A DNA stretch of 58,173 nucleotides, from positions 1-58,173 of IMG/VR virus record IMGVR_UViG_3300044723_007112, one strand, 5' to 3'. Below the pieces are notes generated by a model that did not search any database, was not told the origin of the DNA, and saw nothing but the letters and a program-made list of their open reading frames with translations. Shown here piece after piece: positions 39,537 through 49,746 of the stretch (its first letter is position 1; each line of letters opens with the position of its first letter). The stretch is from a virus. Its lineage: Duplodnaviria; Caudoviricetes. A program made the position numbers and the translations under genes.

Positions 39537-39880
39537 ATGAAAATGAACAGGTGTTAGAGACGTTCATTAAACAACAACAAGAAATGATAAACGAAATGTC
39601 TCAAACTAATATCATGCTTAACACAAAAGTCAAATATTTAGAAGAAAAACTTAAAGATTTTGACAAATATGATGCAATAATTAACGATCTTAAAAGAGAA
39701 AAAATTCGCCTAGAGCGAAAAGTGGAATCTCTTACTAACAACAATAAGGCGTTAGGTGATCGAATTCGTAATGGAAGAGAGGAGATAAAAGAGCTGGTGA
39801 AAGTTTTAGAAACAAAAAAACTTATAAATAAAACTAGCATTTCAGGTTTTTCCCACTCCGGTAAAATCAAACGTAACTAA
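39533..39880 (+). CDS. Coiled-coil protein (115 aa)
   Basis: ATGA overlap with the upstream gene and a charged heptad pattern. Confidence 0.65.
   Translation: MNENEQVLETFIKQQQEMINEMSQTNIMLNTKVKYLEEKLKDFDKYDAIINDLKREKIRLERKVESLTNNNKALGDRIRNGREEIKELVKVLETKKLINKTSISGFSHSGKIKRN
39823..39830 (+). promoter_or_regulatory. T4-type late promoter TATAAATA
   Basis: Exact consensus about 60 nt upstream of the ATG at 39892. Confidence 0.7.
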
Positions 39881-39891
39881 GGTATTCAATC

Positions 39892-41079
39892 ATGGCTTCA
39901 ACAATTAAGCTGAAAAGAAGTACTACCCCGGGTGCGGTTCCAAGCTCTCTTGCAGCTGGTGAATTGGCGATCAACATCCCGGATAAGAAACTCTTTTCTT
40001 CAGACGGTTCTTCAGTATTTAACGTATCTGGTGATCTTTACAACCTATCCTCGTCATCTTTTGCACAAGGCTCCGATGCTGGTGCTACTCTTACCTTAAC
40101 GGTAGATAACGAAAATTTATCTAACGATGCTATCCATCTTATTGGTGGCACAGGTACTAGTATTACCCGTAATGCTAACGGTTCTATTACGTTTGCTTCT
40201 ACTGGTTCACCATCGGCCGATGCTCTGTCTTCAGCTGTAACCGTACAGTTGACTGGTGACGTTACTGGTTCTGCTACATTCCAGAACGCAGGTGATACTG
40301 CTACTATTTCAACTACAATTCAACCTAATAGTGTCGCTCTTGGAACAGACACTACTGGTAACTATGCTGCCAGTGTTGCGAACACTGACAACAACATTGC
40401 AATTACAGGTTCAGCTGGTGAAGGTACTGCGTTCAGCATTGGACTGGCAGGCACCATTAGCTCAGACACCACAGGTAATGCTGCAACAGCTACACAACTA
40501 GCTACTGCACGCACTATTCAAATTAGTGGTGACCAAGCAGGTTCTGCATCATTTGACGGTTCCGGTAATATTAATATTGCTGTAACTACTCAAGCAGATT
40601 CAGTCGATCTTGGTACTCATACCACTGGTAACTACGCTGCAGCGGTTACAGGTACCACTAACGAGATTGAAGTTACTGGTTCTGCTGGTGAGGGAACAAC
40701 TTTCCAAATTGGTTTGCCAAGTGATGTAACCATTGGAAACGATCTTACTGTTACTGGCGCTGCTACAGTTGGTGGTGATTTAACGGTTGATGGAAATTTA
40801 GAGGTCAACGGTACACTTACCTACATTGACTCTACCACTGTAACAATTGGCGACAATCTGTTAAAGTTAGCGAATACTAACTCTGCCGACACCGTGGACT
40901 TAGGTTTCTATTCGTTGTATAATGACGGTGCTAATAAGTACACTGGTTTGGTACGAGACGCATCTGATAGTTCCTACTATTTGTTTGAGGGTCTTTCAAC
41001 TGAACCAGGTCAGACAATTAACTTTGGAAGTGTCACTCTCGCTGAACTAAATGCAGTAATCGACGGCGGCACATTCTAA
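39892..41079 (+). CDS. Tail fibre protein (395 aa)
   Basis: IKLKRS...PSSLAAGELAIN N-terminus as in T4-like fibre proteins. Internal duplication of LGT.TTGNYAA.V...I.(I/V)TGSAGEGT. C-terminal IDGGTF. Confidence 0.75.
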   Translation: MASTIKLKRSTTPGAVPSSLAAGELAINIPDKKLFSSDGSSVFNVSGDLYNLSSSSFAQGSDAGATLTLTVDNENLSNDAIHLIGGTGTSITRNANGSITFASTGSPSADALSSAVTVQLTGDVTGSATFQNAGDTATISTTIQPNSVALGTDTTGNYAASVANTDNNIAITGSAGEGTAFSIGLAGTISSDTTGNAATATQLATARTIQISGDQAGSASFDGSGNINIAVTTQADSVDLGTHTTGNYAAAVTGTTNEIEVTGSAGEGTTFQIGLPSDVTIGNDLTVTGAATVGGDLTVDGNLEVNGTLTYIDSTTVTIGDNLLKLANTNSADTVDLGFYSLYNDGANKYTGLVRDASDSSYYLFEGLSTEPGQTINFGSVTLAELNAVIDGGTF

Positions 41080-41093
41080 CAAACAATGACGAC

Positions 41094-41129
41094 GCCCCTG
41101 TACATACAGGGGCATACTCTACATAGAGG
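41094..41129 (+). promoter_or_regulatory. Tandem RNA hairpins with identical UACAUA loops; the second covers the RBS
   Basis: GCCCCTG-TACATA-CAGGGGC (41094-41113) and CTC-TACATA-GAG (41117-41128). The GAGG SD is at 41126-41129. Confidence 0.6.
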
Positions 41130-41134
41130 TTATC

Positions 41135-41836
41135 ATGGCGTCTACGATACGTGTAAAACGTAGTTCGGTTGCCGGCAAAAGTCCGAACACGTCTAATCTT
41201 TCTACGGGCGAACTAGCTCTTAATCTTGCCGATAAAAAAATATTCTCATCCAACGGTACTTCAGTATTTGAGATTGGATCAGATTCTTTTTCTAACAAAA
41301 AAATCTTCACGGTAACTAATAGTGGATCCAGTGCATATAACTTCACTGGAGTAGGTACTGGCGAAAGTTCTGCAAACAGTAATCCAACTCTTTATCTAAC
41401 TAGAGGCGAAACTTATACTTTCAGTATAAACGCTTCTGGTCATCCTTTTTATATAAACACAGTAAACGGTACCGGTACAGGCAATCAGTTCGCCAATGGT
41501 GTTAGTGGTCAGGGTACTCAAGTCGGTGACTTAGTGTTTACTGTTCCTATGAACGCTCCCGACAAACTGTATTATAATTGTAGCGTCCATTCTTCAATGA
41601 ATGGAACTATCCATATTCCATCGGTTACTTCTAGTGTAGGTGGTTCATCTGCTAACACCTTCAGTACCATAAATATTGCAGGTCAAGATAGCATCTTTGC
41701 AGAAGCTGCAGGTGACACACTTACCTTTGTGGCTGGCGCAGGAGTAACATTAACATCTAATTCAGCAGCTGATAGCGTGACCATTGCTACTACGGTACAA
41801 GACGATACAGTCGCAATGGCAATTGCATTAGGATAA
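41135..41836 (+). CDS. Fibre protein with a cupredoxin-like domain (233 aa)
   Basis: IRVKRS...GELALN N-terminus. NPTLYLTRGETYTF...GHPF...YYNCSVHSSM. C-terminal AMAIALG. Confidence 0.7.
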   Translation: MASTIRVKRSSVAGKSPNTSNLSTGELALNLADKKIFSSNGTSVFEIGSDSFSNKKIFTVTNSGSSAYNFTGVGTGESSANSNPTLYLTRGETYTFSINASGHPFYINTVNGTGTGNQFANGVSGQGTQVGDLVFTVPMNAPDKLYYNCSVHSSMNGTIHIPSVTSSVGGSSANTFSTINIAGQDSIFAEAAGDTLTFVAGAGVTLTSNSAADSVTIATTVQDDTVAMAIALG

Positions 41837-41842
41837 TTAAAC

Positions 41843-42163
41843 ATGGCTAATACATTTAAAAACTATTTTGCTGCTAATGTAGGCACCACGGCCAATACAG
41901 TCCTTACAGCTACTACTGCAACTACTGTAATTGGATGTTCTATTGCAAACAAAACTTCTGCTGCTATTACTGCTTCTGTGCAAGTTAATTCATCATCTGT
42001 AGATTATTATTTAATTAAAGATGCGCCTATACTTTCTGGTGGATCTCTGATTCCTGTAGGAGGAGAACAAAAACTAGTTCTAGAAAACGGAGATTCATTT
42101 AAGGTAACATCTAACACAGCTTCGTCCGTTGATGTTATTGTGAGTGTGTTGGAGATCTCGTAA
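41843..42163 (+). CDS. Small virion/fibre connector protein (106 aa)
   Basis: MANTFKN...KLVLENGD...DVIVSVLEIS pattern, which usually follows an AIALG-ending gene in marine phages. Confidence 0.7.
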   Translation: MANTFKNYFAANVGTTANTVLTATTATTVIGCSIANKTSAAITASVQVNSSSVDYYLIKDAPILSGGSLIPVGGEQKLVLENGDSFKVTSNTASSVDVIVSVLEIS

Positions 42164-43380
42164 TGGCTTATTTGGGTAACCAGCCAAAGGATCCCATATC
42201 TGTATCCACTAATGCACCATCCAATCCAAAGAATGGTGCTGTGTGGTTTAACAGCGCTTTAGGTGAAACTTTTGTTTATTACGATGATGGTGACACCGCT
42301 CAATGGGTTCAGACAAACCCATCAGGTCAACAGGGTCCTATTGGCCCTACTGGTCCTGCCGGTGCTAACGGCGAAGTACTTAGAACAGAGCTCGATGCCT
42401 ATCTTCAAGTAGCCAATAGCACTAGCTTTGCTACTACAAGCCAACTAGACAATTATTTGCAAGTAGCTAATGCAAGCTCAGTTACACCTGATCAGCTTTC
42501 TCAATATCTACAAGTAGCAAATCTTTCAAACCTATCAACTAGTCTAATACCAAGCGCCAATGTCACTTACGACCTAGGATCTACAACCAAATATTGGAAA
42601 GATTTGTATCTAAGTGGTAACACCATATTTCTTGGCTCTGCTCAAATTACTCTGAATGCTAATGGTGGTATCGATCTACCAGCTGGTTCTAGAACGGGTG
42701 GAACAGCTATTGGCACTGGCAGTGGCGGTGGAGCTTCCGTAACCATATCAGACACTGCTCCTGGTAGTCCCAGTGCCGGCGATCTTTGGTGGAGTGCCAA
42801 TACTAGTGAACTGTTTATCTACTATAACGATATTGATTCTAATCAATGGGTACAAGCTACTACGCCTGGCGCTACCGGTGCAACCGGAGCTAACGGAGTG
42901 TCGCCATCTACAGATAGCTACTTACAAGTAGCCAACCTTCAACCACAATTGGACAAGTACTTACAAGTAGCCAATAGTACTGGCTTTGCTACTACTGGTT
43001 CATTGGATGGCTACTTACAAGTAGCAAATAGTACTAGCTTTGCTACTACTGCCGATATAGATTTTGTTAAAGCCTATAGATACGATGACACCCTTGCAAT
43101 AAATACTGGGACAAAAAGGCTTTATATACAAGACAGTTATACATTAAAAAGTATTCATGCGTTTGTTGATACGGCGCCTACTGGCTCTAGTGTCATTACC
43201 AACATTAAGAAAAATGGTAGTTCGTTACAAAACATTACTATCGCAGCTGGCGCTACTACAGCGTCAAATACAAGTTTAAGTTATTCGTTTGTAAGTGGTG
43301 ATTATATTACAGTTGATATAACGCAAGTTGGCTCATCGACCGCCGGCGTAAATTTGTACATAGTTTTTACATTTAATTGA
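42163..43380 (+). CDS. Modular fibre/adaptor protein (405 aa)
   Basis: MAYLGNQP start, two AP..P..G..W boxes, six YLQVAN repeats, WKDLYLSGNTI and C-terminal GDYITVDITQVGS domain. Confidence 0.75.
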   Translation: MAYLGNQPKDPISVSTNAPSNPKNGAVWFNSALGETFVYYDDGDTAQWVQTNPSGQQGPIGPTGPAGANGEVLRTELDAYLQVANSTSFATTSQLDNYLQVANASSVTPDQLSQYLQVANLSNLSTSLIPSANVTYDLGSTTKYWKDLYLSGNTIFLGSAQITLNANGGIDLPAGSRTGGTAIGTGSGGGASVTISDTAPGSPSAGDLWWSANTSELFIYYNDIDSNQWVQATTPGATGATGANGVSPSTDSYLQVANLQPQLDKYLQVANSTGFATTGSLDGYLQVANSTSFATTADIDFVKAYRYDDTLAINTGTKRLYIQDSYTLKSIHAFVDTAPTGSSVITNIKKNGSSLQNITIAAGATTASNTSLSYSFVSGDYITVDITQVGSSTAGVNLYIVFTFN

Positions 43381-43391
43381 GGAGATAACAT

Positions 43392-44654
43392 ATGTACGCT
43401 CATTTGTACTTTCCCGGCAATACTTCAACGGGAGCACAAATTCGAGATATTACAAGGTTGATTACTAGCTGTACGTCTAGTACCGCAAGCCTAAGTGGTC
43501 TTGAATTTATTGATACCAATACTTCCACCGTTACCGGCGGTAATAGTGGGTGGAGTCTACACTCAAGCTCCACTCTACCATCATCAGGTACTACTGTTGG
43601 TACATCTACAGACTCTCATTTCATCCTACAAGGCACGTGTGTAACTAGTTCAAAAACTAAGTACGCTGGTCTCTATTGCAACGGTGATTGGAACAACTCA
43701 TCTGTAGTAACCGGCGACGACTTTGCATTTGGTCTTTGCTCAGTGCTTGATCCAGGCACTGGTACAGAAATGTTTGGAAATGGTTATACTTCTACGAATT
43801 CCGCTATTGGCGATGTCCATGGAATTTGTGGAAACAGCGAACACTCAGATCTAGGTATTCATATTTTCGCTGATGCTAGACGTATTTTAATACACGGCAA
43901 AGATGGTAACAACCACACTGTGTTCATGGTGAACGCAGAGTTTACTGAAACCGCAACTACAACAGCAGAAACTTTAGTACCTGTTGCTCAACTATTCTGT
44001 TGTGATCAAAATCGTAATCACAATGGATATTTAAGCACATTGTATAGGGGTAACGGTATATGGCAAACCTCAACTACTTCTTATCCTTTTATCCAATTTT
44101 CTGAGTCAAATTTTTCTTACAATCCTACTTGGTATGGTAAGATTCGTTGTACTGGCTGGAATTCTAGCAACGTAAATGATTGGCTTAGAGGCGGAGGCGG
44201 AGAAGCGCACAGACAATCAGGAAGACTTGACGATGGAACTCAATACGGAAGTACTACTGATGAGTCTACCATCGGCAAAGGGCAAGGTTATTATCACGCG
44301 TGGGGGCCCTACTCAGGCGTAGGCTCTGCTACTTGTTGGAGTCCATGGGTTTTCGATGACGGCTTTGACGATTCAAATGCCATAGATTATCTTTGGGGTA
44401 GAACTACATCGGTAGGATATGATTCTTCCGGGAATCCGGGACTCGCTCTTCATAAATTTATATGGTGTAATGATAATAATTTGAATCACGATGTGTATGA
44501 TTTTTCAACTTTAGGAAATTTTTGGAGAGTAGCAGCAGGTCTTGGAGCAAACGGAGATACAGTCACGATTGGAAGTGATGTTTACGTATATTTAAATACT
44601 CACGACGGTACTACTGTTCGACCATTAAATGCGTTATTAATTAAGAGAACCTAA
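43392..44654 (+). CDS. Hypothetical protein (420 aa), possible fibre tip/receptor-binding subunit
   Basis: GAGGAG RBS. Beta-rich and aromatic-rich. Function is inferred from position only. Confidence 0.65.
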   Translation: MYAHLYFPGNTSTGAQIRDITRLITSCTSSTASLSGLEFIDTNTSTVTGGNSGWSLHSSSTLPSSGTTVGTSTDSHFILQGTCVTSSKTKYAGLYCNGDWNNSSVVTGDDFAFGLCSVLDPGTGTEMFGNGYTSTNSAIGDVHGICGNSEHSDLGIHIFADARRILIHGKDGNNHTVFMVNAEFTETATTTAETLVPVAQLFCCDQNRNHNGYLSTLYRGNGIWQTSTTSYPFIQFSESNFSYNPTWYGKIRCTGWNSSNVNDWLRGGGGEAHRQSGRLDDGTQYGSTTDESTIGKGQGYYHAWGPYSGVGSATCWSPWVFDDGFDDSNAIDYLWGRTTSVGYDSSGNPGLALHKFIWCNDNNLNHDVYDFSTLGNFWRVAAGLGANGDTVTIGSDVYVYLNTHDGTTVRPLNALLIKRT

Positions 44655-44656
44655 TA

Positions 44657-44953
44657 GTGGCGGCATTGCAAATAGAAGTATCAGGTGTTGCTCAGAATGT
44701 AGCAAGATTAATTAGTGTGGATAGTCCTACTACTGCACCCACTACCTTATCCTCTAATACCAATTTTATATCTAATATAACTAATCTTGTAACGGTAGAT
44801 AACCCTATTTCTTCTCCAACATCCGTTTTATTAAATGGAAATAAATTTTTTGAAAACAATATTACAAATTTAATAATTATAGAGGGGCTTGGTACAAGTG
44901 CATCAGTCGGCGGTGGATCTTCCGAACCCGTCTCTAAAGAAAGTTGGGAGTAA
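44657..44953 (+). CDS. Hypothetical protein (98 aa) with an internal duplication
   Basis: GTG start. Repeated unit L.sVD.P...PT.....N..F..NITNL. Confidence 0.55.
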   Translation: MAALQIEVSGVAQNVARLISVDSPTTAPTTLSSNTNFISNITNLVTVDNPISSPTSVLLNGNKFFENNITNLIIIEGLGTSASVGGGSSEPVSKESWE

Positions 44954-44955
44954 TT

Positions 44956-45204
44956 ATGGAAGTTGTAAAATATTACACAAATAACAATGGTGAAATTACT
45001 CATGCAGTGGTTTCTTATACAGCAACAGTAGGAGAAGCTACAGGAACTGCTTCTGATCTTTTTGAACTTAAAGCGCCTTTAGAGGAATACAGTGAAGAGA
45101 CTATATTAAAATCAATTGCGATTAGGTCTGCTCAAATTTCAAATCTTACAAGCTCTGCAAAAAGACACGCAGCTGTATCATCTCATACGGAAACAGAAGT
45201 ATAA
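44956..45204 (+). CDS. Hypothetical protein (82 aa)
   Basis: GGAG RBS before ATG 44956. Fills the gap in the operon. Confidence 0.55.
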   Translation: MEVVKYYTNNNGEITHAVVSYTATVGEATGTASDLFELKAPLEEYSEETILKSIAIRSAQISNLTSSAKRHAAVSSHTETEV

Positions 45205-45207
45205 CTA

Positions 45208-46839
45208 GTGGCTATTAACTTTCCAGCAAACCCATCTAACGGCGACACACACGCCGGATTCACATACAGCTCGTCTGTAGGTGCGTGGAAAGCTACGGCT
45301 GGTGTATCTACTACATTGAGCAACACTGCGCCAACTAGTCCTAGTAATGGTGATCTGTGGTGGAATACTAATACCAGCAAGCTATACATCTCTTACGATG
45401 ATGGAAGTTCTACTCAGTGGGTACAGGCAGCAGTTCCTGGAGCTACGGGAGCCGCTGGTGCGGCTGGCAGCTCAGTTACTTCATATGCTAACTCGTCCAT
45501 ATTCCCATCATCAGGTAATTCAGTTGGTGACTTTGCATTTGCTACAAATACTAAAGCAGTTTATATTTGGGACGGCAGTGAGTGGGATAGAGTACATACT
45601 GATACAAATATTGCTCCTGTGTTTACTACAACACCAAATTCAACTTACAGTTTAGCAACAGACGGTTCGAGTACAACTATCACAACAGTAGCAACAGATG
45701 CAGACACAATAGAATGGAGTTATTCAACGTCACCAACAAATCAATCTCAAGCTACAATTGTAAATAATAATGATGGTACTTTTACTTTAACTCCGAGCAC
45801 TAATACTGCAGATCAAGGATCTTTTACATTATCGATAATAGCATCGGATGGATTACTTACTACTACAGTAACAACTATTGTTAAATTAGAATTTTTTATA
45901 GCTACAGGCGGCAGTATTTCAACATATACTTCTGGGTCAACTAATTATAAAGTTCATACCTTTTTAAGTAGTAATACATTTAATGTTACTCTTATTTCTG
46001 GTACTAAAAATATAGATTATCTTGTAGTTGGTGGCGGTGGTTCAGGAGGTGGAAGACATGGCGGAGGCGGCGGCGCCGGCGGAGTTAGAACTGGAACGGT
46101 AACATTAAATTCTACTGGAACGAATACGATAACAATTGGTGCCGGCGGTGCTGGTGGTACACAAGTTCAAAATAACGGTGCTGATAGTTCAGCATTGGGA
46201 ATTACATCTAATGGCGGCGGTTATGGAGGTATGTATCCTAGTGTAGGTGGTGGAGCAAATGGCGGATCTGGAGGTGGAGCTGGTTCAACTACTGGAACAC
46301 AAAGTGGAGGAACAGGCACAGTTGGTCAAGGAAATGATGGTGGCGATTCTGTATATACAGACGGCGGAGTAGCTGATGGTAGATATACAGGAGGTGGTGG
46401 CGGAGCTGGTACTGCAGGTCAAATAGGTAATAATGCTAGCGGCGGTAGTGGAGATGGTGGTAATGGTATAACATCAGATATTGATGGGACAAGTTATTAT
46501 TATGGTGCTGGTGGTGGCGGTGGATGGTGGTCTTCTAATGATCAAACAAGAACAGCCGGCGATGGCGGTTTAGGTGGCGGCGGTGGTGGCGGTTGGTCTG
46601 TTAATGGTGCTGCCAATCCTAATTCTACTACACAAGTCGGAGATGGCGGAACGGGAGGAAGAAATGTAGGAGGTTCTCCACCGCATACGACTGTTGCTGC
46701 AGCATCTGGTGGTCATGGAGGAACAAATACAGGATCAGGCGGAGGAGGTAATGGACAAGCAAACTATTCTTCTTGGCCAACGGAAGTCGGCGGAAATGGC
46801 GGTTCAGGCATTGTAATTTTAAGATACGAGGTTCTATAA
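45208..46839 (+). CDS. MAINFP-family fibre with an Ig-like stalk and a glycine-rich tip (543 aa)
   Basis: AINFPANPSNGD head, GDLWW box, Ig-like segment, and YLVVGGGGSGG...GGSGIVILRY glycine-rich domain. Confidence 0.8.
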   Translation: MAINFPANPSNGDTHAGFTYSSSVGAWKATAGVSTTLSNTAPTSPSNGDLWWNTNTSKLYISYDDGSSTQWVQAAVPGATGAAGAAGSSVTSYANSSIFPSSGNSVGDFAFATNTKAVYIWDGSEWDRVHTDTNIAPVFTTTPNSTYSLATDGSSTTITTVATDADTIEWSYSTSPTNQSQATIVNNNDGTFTLTPSTNTADQGSFTLSIIASDGLLTTTVTTIVKLEFFIATGGSISTYTSGSTNYKVHTFLSSNTFNVTLISGTKNIDYLVVGGGGSGGGRHGGGGGAGGVRTGTVTLNSTGTNTITIGAGGAGGTQVQNNGADSSALGITSNGGGYGGMYPSVGGGANGGSGGGAGSTTGTQSGGTGTVGQGNDGGDSVYTDGGVADGRYTGGGGGAGTAGQIGNNASGGSGDGGNGITSDIDGTSYYYGAGGGGGWWSSNDQTRTAGDGGLGGGGGGGWSVNGAANPNSTTQVGDGGTGGRNVGGSPPHTTVAAASGGHGGTNTGSGGGGNGQANYSSWPTEVGGNGGSGIVILRYEVL

Positions 46840-47213
46840 TGGCTCATTACGCAAAAGTATTAAATGGCATAGTACAAAAAGTTATTGTAGCAGAACCAGA
46901 ATTTTTTGAAACTTTTGTAGATGATTCTCCTGGTAAATGGATACAAACATCGTATAATACTAGCGGCGGTATACACTATGATCCTGAAACTAGAATTGCT
47001 AGTGAAGATCAAAGTAAAGCACTTCGTAAAAATTATGCTGGTGTTGGATTTATCTATGATAAAACACTTGACGCTTTTTATGAACCTCAACCCTATCCTA
47101 GTTGGTCATTAAATACAGAAACATGTTTTTGGGAACCACCTGTACCTCGTCCAGATGACGGAGATGCATGGGATGAAGAAAATCAAACATGGATAACATA
47201 TACTAATGGCTAA
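46839..47213 (+). CDS. Conserved-looking small phage protein following glycine-rich fibres (124 aa)
   Basis: TAATG coupling. MAHYAKV...WIQTSYNT...LRKNYAG...PQPYPSW...WEPPVP. Confidence 0.75.
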   Translation: MAHYAKVLNGIVQKVIVAEPEFFETFVDDSPGKWIQTSYNTSGGIHYDPETRIASEDQSKALRKNYAGVGFIYDKTLDAFYEPQPYPSWSLNTETCFWEPPVPRPDDGDAWDEENQTWITYTNG

Positions 47214-47243
47214 CGACGGAACAATAACTTTGTAAGGTAACCA

Positions 47244-49739
47244 ATGGCAATCAACTTTCCATCAAATCCATCTAACGGCGACACACACGCCGGGTTTACC
47301 TACAACTCTACAGTAGGCGCTTGGGAATCGACAGCCTCCAATCCAGTAACACAGGCTACGTTGGATGGGTACTTACAGGTTGCAAACAGTTCGTCTGGTA
47401 CAACCGTATACTCGGCTATAAGCGATCTCCCATTGTCTGGAAATGAGTCTGGTGCTCAGGCTTATGTTAGCGGTACTAATAGATTGTATCTTTGGACTGG
47501 CACTGGCTGGTACAACATTGCATTAATCAATACCCAACCTAGTTTAAGTGGTGCCAGTGCAAGTTATACTTTAAACACTGATGGTTCTAACACAGTCGTT
47601 ACTTTAGCATCTACTGATCCAGAAGGGTTGCCAATTAGCTTTACAGTTTCACATAGTGGCCTTGGTGTAGGTGCAAACGCCATTGCCACCGTAACGCAAT
47701 CCAATAACATATTCACTTTTACACCTACTACTAACACTAGTTTAGCTGGTACATTTTCTAGTACCTTTACGGCTAGTGATGGAGTTAACTTGGCAGTAGC
47801 CAATAGCTCGTTTACATTATCATTTGTGGTACCTTTAGTTAGCAACAGTAATTATACTCACGCATTATTCACTCCACAAGTTTCAACTGACAGTTTGGAT
47901 AACCAAACAATATTAGACTCTAGTTCTTCTAATCGGACAATTACGAATTCAGGTAGTGTAGTTCAATACGGTTACAGCCCGTTCCGTGCAGGTGGGTATT
48001 CACTTTATTTTGATGGTACGGGGGATTACATTTATCCTCCTTCCAGTAGCACTTTAGCGGTGGGTACTGGAAGTTTTACTTTAGAATTTTGGATGTATGC
48101 GACAGCTATTTCCAATGCACAAAATATCTTTGATACGAGAAATACAGGAGGTTTTACAGTAAACCTATCCAGTAGTAAATTAGGTTTTTATGACGAGAAC
48201 GGTGCTTCTTACGTTTTTCAAACATCAGTTTTAAACAATAACCAATGGTATCACGTAGCTATAGTTAGAAATGGAAGCTCGGCAACTCTTTACATAGACG
48301 GCACGAGTGTAGCTACAGCGACTGACAATGCTAATTATACCAATACGGTTGCTACCATTGGAGCTAGATACTCGCGAGATCAACAATATTTTACAGGTTA
48401 CCTAGCAGACGTAAGATTAGTTAAAGGTGGCGCAGTTTACACGTCTGCCTTTACACCCCCAACAGAACGCTTAACATCAATTATAAACACCAGTATACTT
48501 ACCGGTCATCTACCTTACATAGCAGACGGTTCAACTAACAGCCACGCCATCACTATAAACGGTAATGTTAGAACAGAAGCATGGACACCCTTTGATAAAC
48601 TTCCCTACAGTGCTTCCGTTAATGGTGGATCTTTATATCTAAATGGTAGTAATTACGTACAATCACCGGCCTTTGGTGATAATAGTACAACGTGGACAGT
48701 CGAATGCTGGATTAGACCAATTCAATACTATAGCGGCTCCGGACACTTTGACAGAGTATGGTCGTCTGGAACATCGCTAGGAGACTCAATTCTTATTAAT
48801 TTAAATCAGACTACTGGTGCTCCTACTTTAAGAGTTAATGACTCTGTTACAATCACATCGTCCTCGGGAATACAATTAAATGCTTGGTACCACGTAGCTT
48901 TAGTTTGTAACGGTAGTAGCACTACAATGTATTTAAACGGTACATCTGTGGGATCAGTAGCCTCAGCTTATACCTTTAGTTCTAGAATATTTAGAGTTGG
49001 TACTCTAGATGGTACACAGGGATACTTCAAAGGTCATGTAGGGGATATGCGTGTAGTTTTAGGATCGGCTGTATATACAACTAGCTTTACGCCGCCAACT
49101 GCACCATTAACAGCAATTACTAACACGTCTTTGCTTTTAAATGGCACTAACGCTGGTGTGTTTGATAAGAGTTCAGTTGTTGGAACTCATGACATCTATG
49201 CTGGTATCGAATCATCAACAACCCAAACTAAATTTAATAGCACCTCTATTCGATTTGATGGTTCAGGATACATCAGAATGCATTTTGGATTAAATGTGCG
49301 TAGAATATATACAGCAGACTTTACATTAGAAGCGTGGGTTTATAGAGACGTTCAAAATGCCGCACACATGATCTTTGCTTCTGGTGCAAATCCAGGGACT
49401 AATATCCCAGGTTTTAATTTTCTTATCGACTCTGATAACGAATTAAAATTTATAAACAACAGTATTACAACAAGTAGCAGCGGATTAAATTTTCCAGCTA
49501 GTACGTGGAAACACGTTGCGGTAGCTAGAGATTATGATCAAGTAAGAATGTTTGTAGATGGCACTTTAGTTGCTACATATGTATCAAACTGGTCAATGAC
49601 TGACGGAACTATGAGAATTGGCACGCAATCATCATCATCTTTTAAATTCAGCGGATACATGGATGATATTAGAATAACCTATGGACTTGCGCGATACACC
49701 GCAAACTTCACACCACCTACTGCGGCATTGGACGGTTAA
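47244..49739 (+). CDS. MAINFP-family fibre with three LamG/concanavalin-A-like domains (831 aa)
   Basis: Three (F/W)T(L/V)E.W...W.HVA.....F.GY..D.R units and C-terminal ARYTANFTPPTA. Confidence 0.85.
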   Translation: MAINFPSNPSNGDTHAGFTYNSTVGAWESTASNPVTQATLDGYLQVANSSSGTTVYSAISDLPLSGNESGAQAYVSGTNRLYLWTGTGWYNIALINTQPSLSGASASYTLNTDGSNTVVTLASTDPEGLPISFTVSHSGLGVGANAIATVTQSNNIFTFTPTTNTSLAGTFSSTFTASDGVNLAVANSSFTLSFVVPLVSNSNYTHALFTPQVSTDSLDNQTILDSSSSNRTITNSGSVVQYGYSPFRAGGYSLYFDGTGDYIYPPSSSTLAVGTGSFTLEFWMYATAISNAQNIFDTRNTGGFTVNLSSSKLGFYDENGASYVFQTSVLNNNQWYHVAIVRNGSSATLYIDGTSVATATDNANYTNTVATIGARYSRDQQYFTGYLADVRLVKGGAVYTSAFTPPTERLTSIINTSILTGHLPYIADGSTNSHAITINGNVRTEAWTPFDKLPYSASVNGGSLYLNGSNYVQSPAFGDNSTTWTVECWIRPIQYYSGSGHFDRVWSSGTSLGDSILINLNQTTGAPTLRVNDSVTITSSSGIQLNAWYHVALVCNGSSTTMYLNGTSVGSVASAYTFSSRIFRVGTLDGTQGYFKGHVGDMRVVLGSAVYTTSFTPPTAPLTAITNTSLLLNGTNAGVFDKSSVVGTHDIYAGIESSTTQTKFNSTSIRFDGSGYIRMHFGLNVRRIYTADFTLEAWVYRDVQNAAHMIFASGANPGTNIPGFNFLIDSDNELKFINNSITTSSSGLNFPASTWKHVAVARDYDQVRMFVDGTLVATYVSNWSMTDGTMRIGTQSSSSFKFSGYMDDIRITYGLARYTANFTPPTAALDG

Positions 49740-49746
49740 ATAGAAC

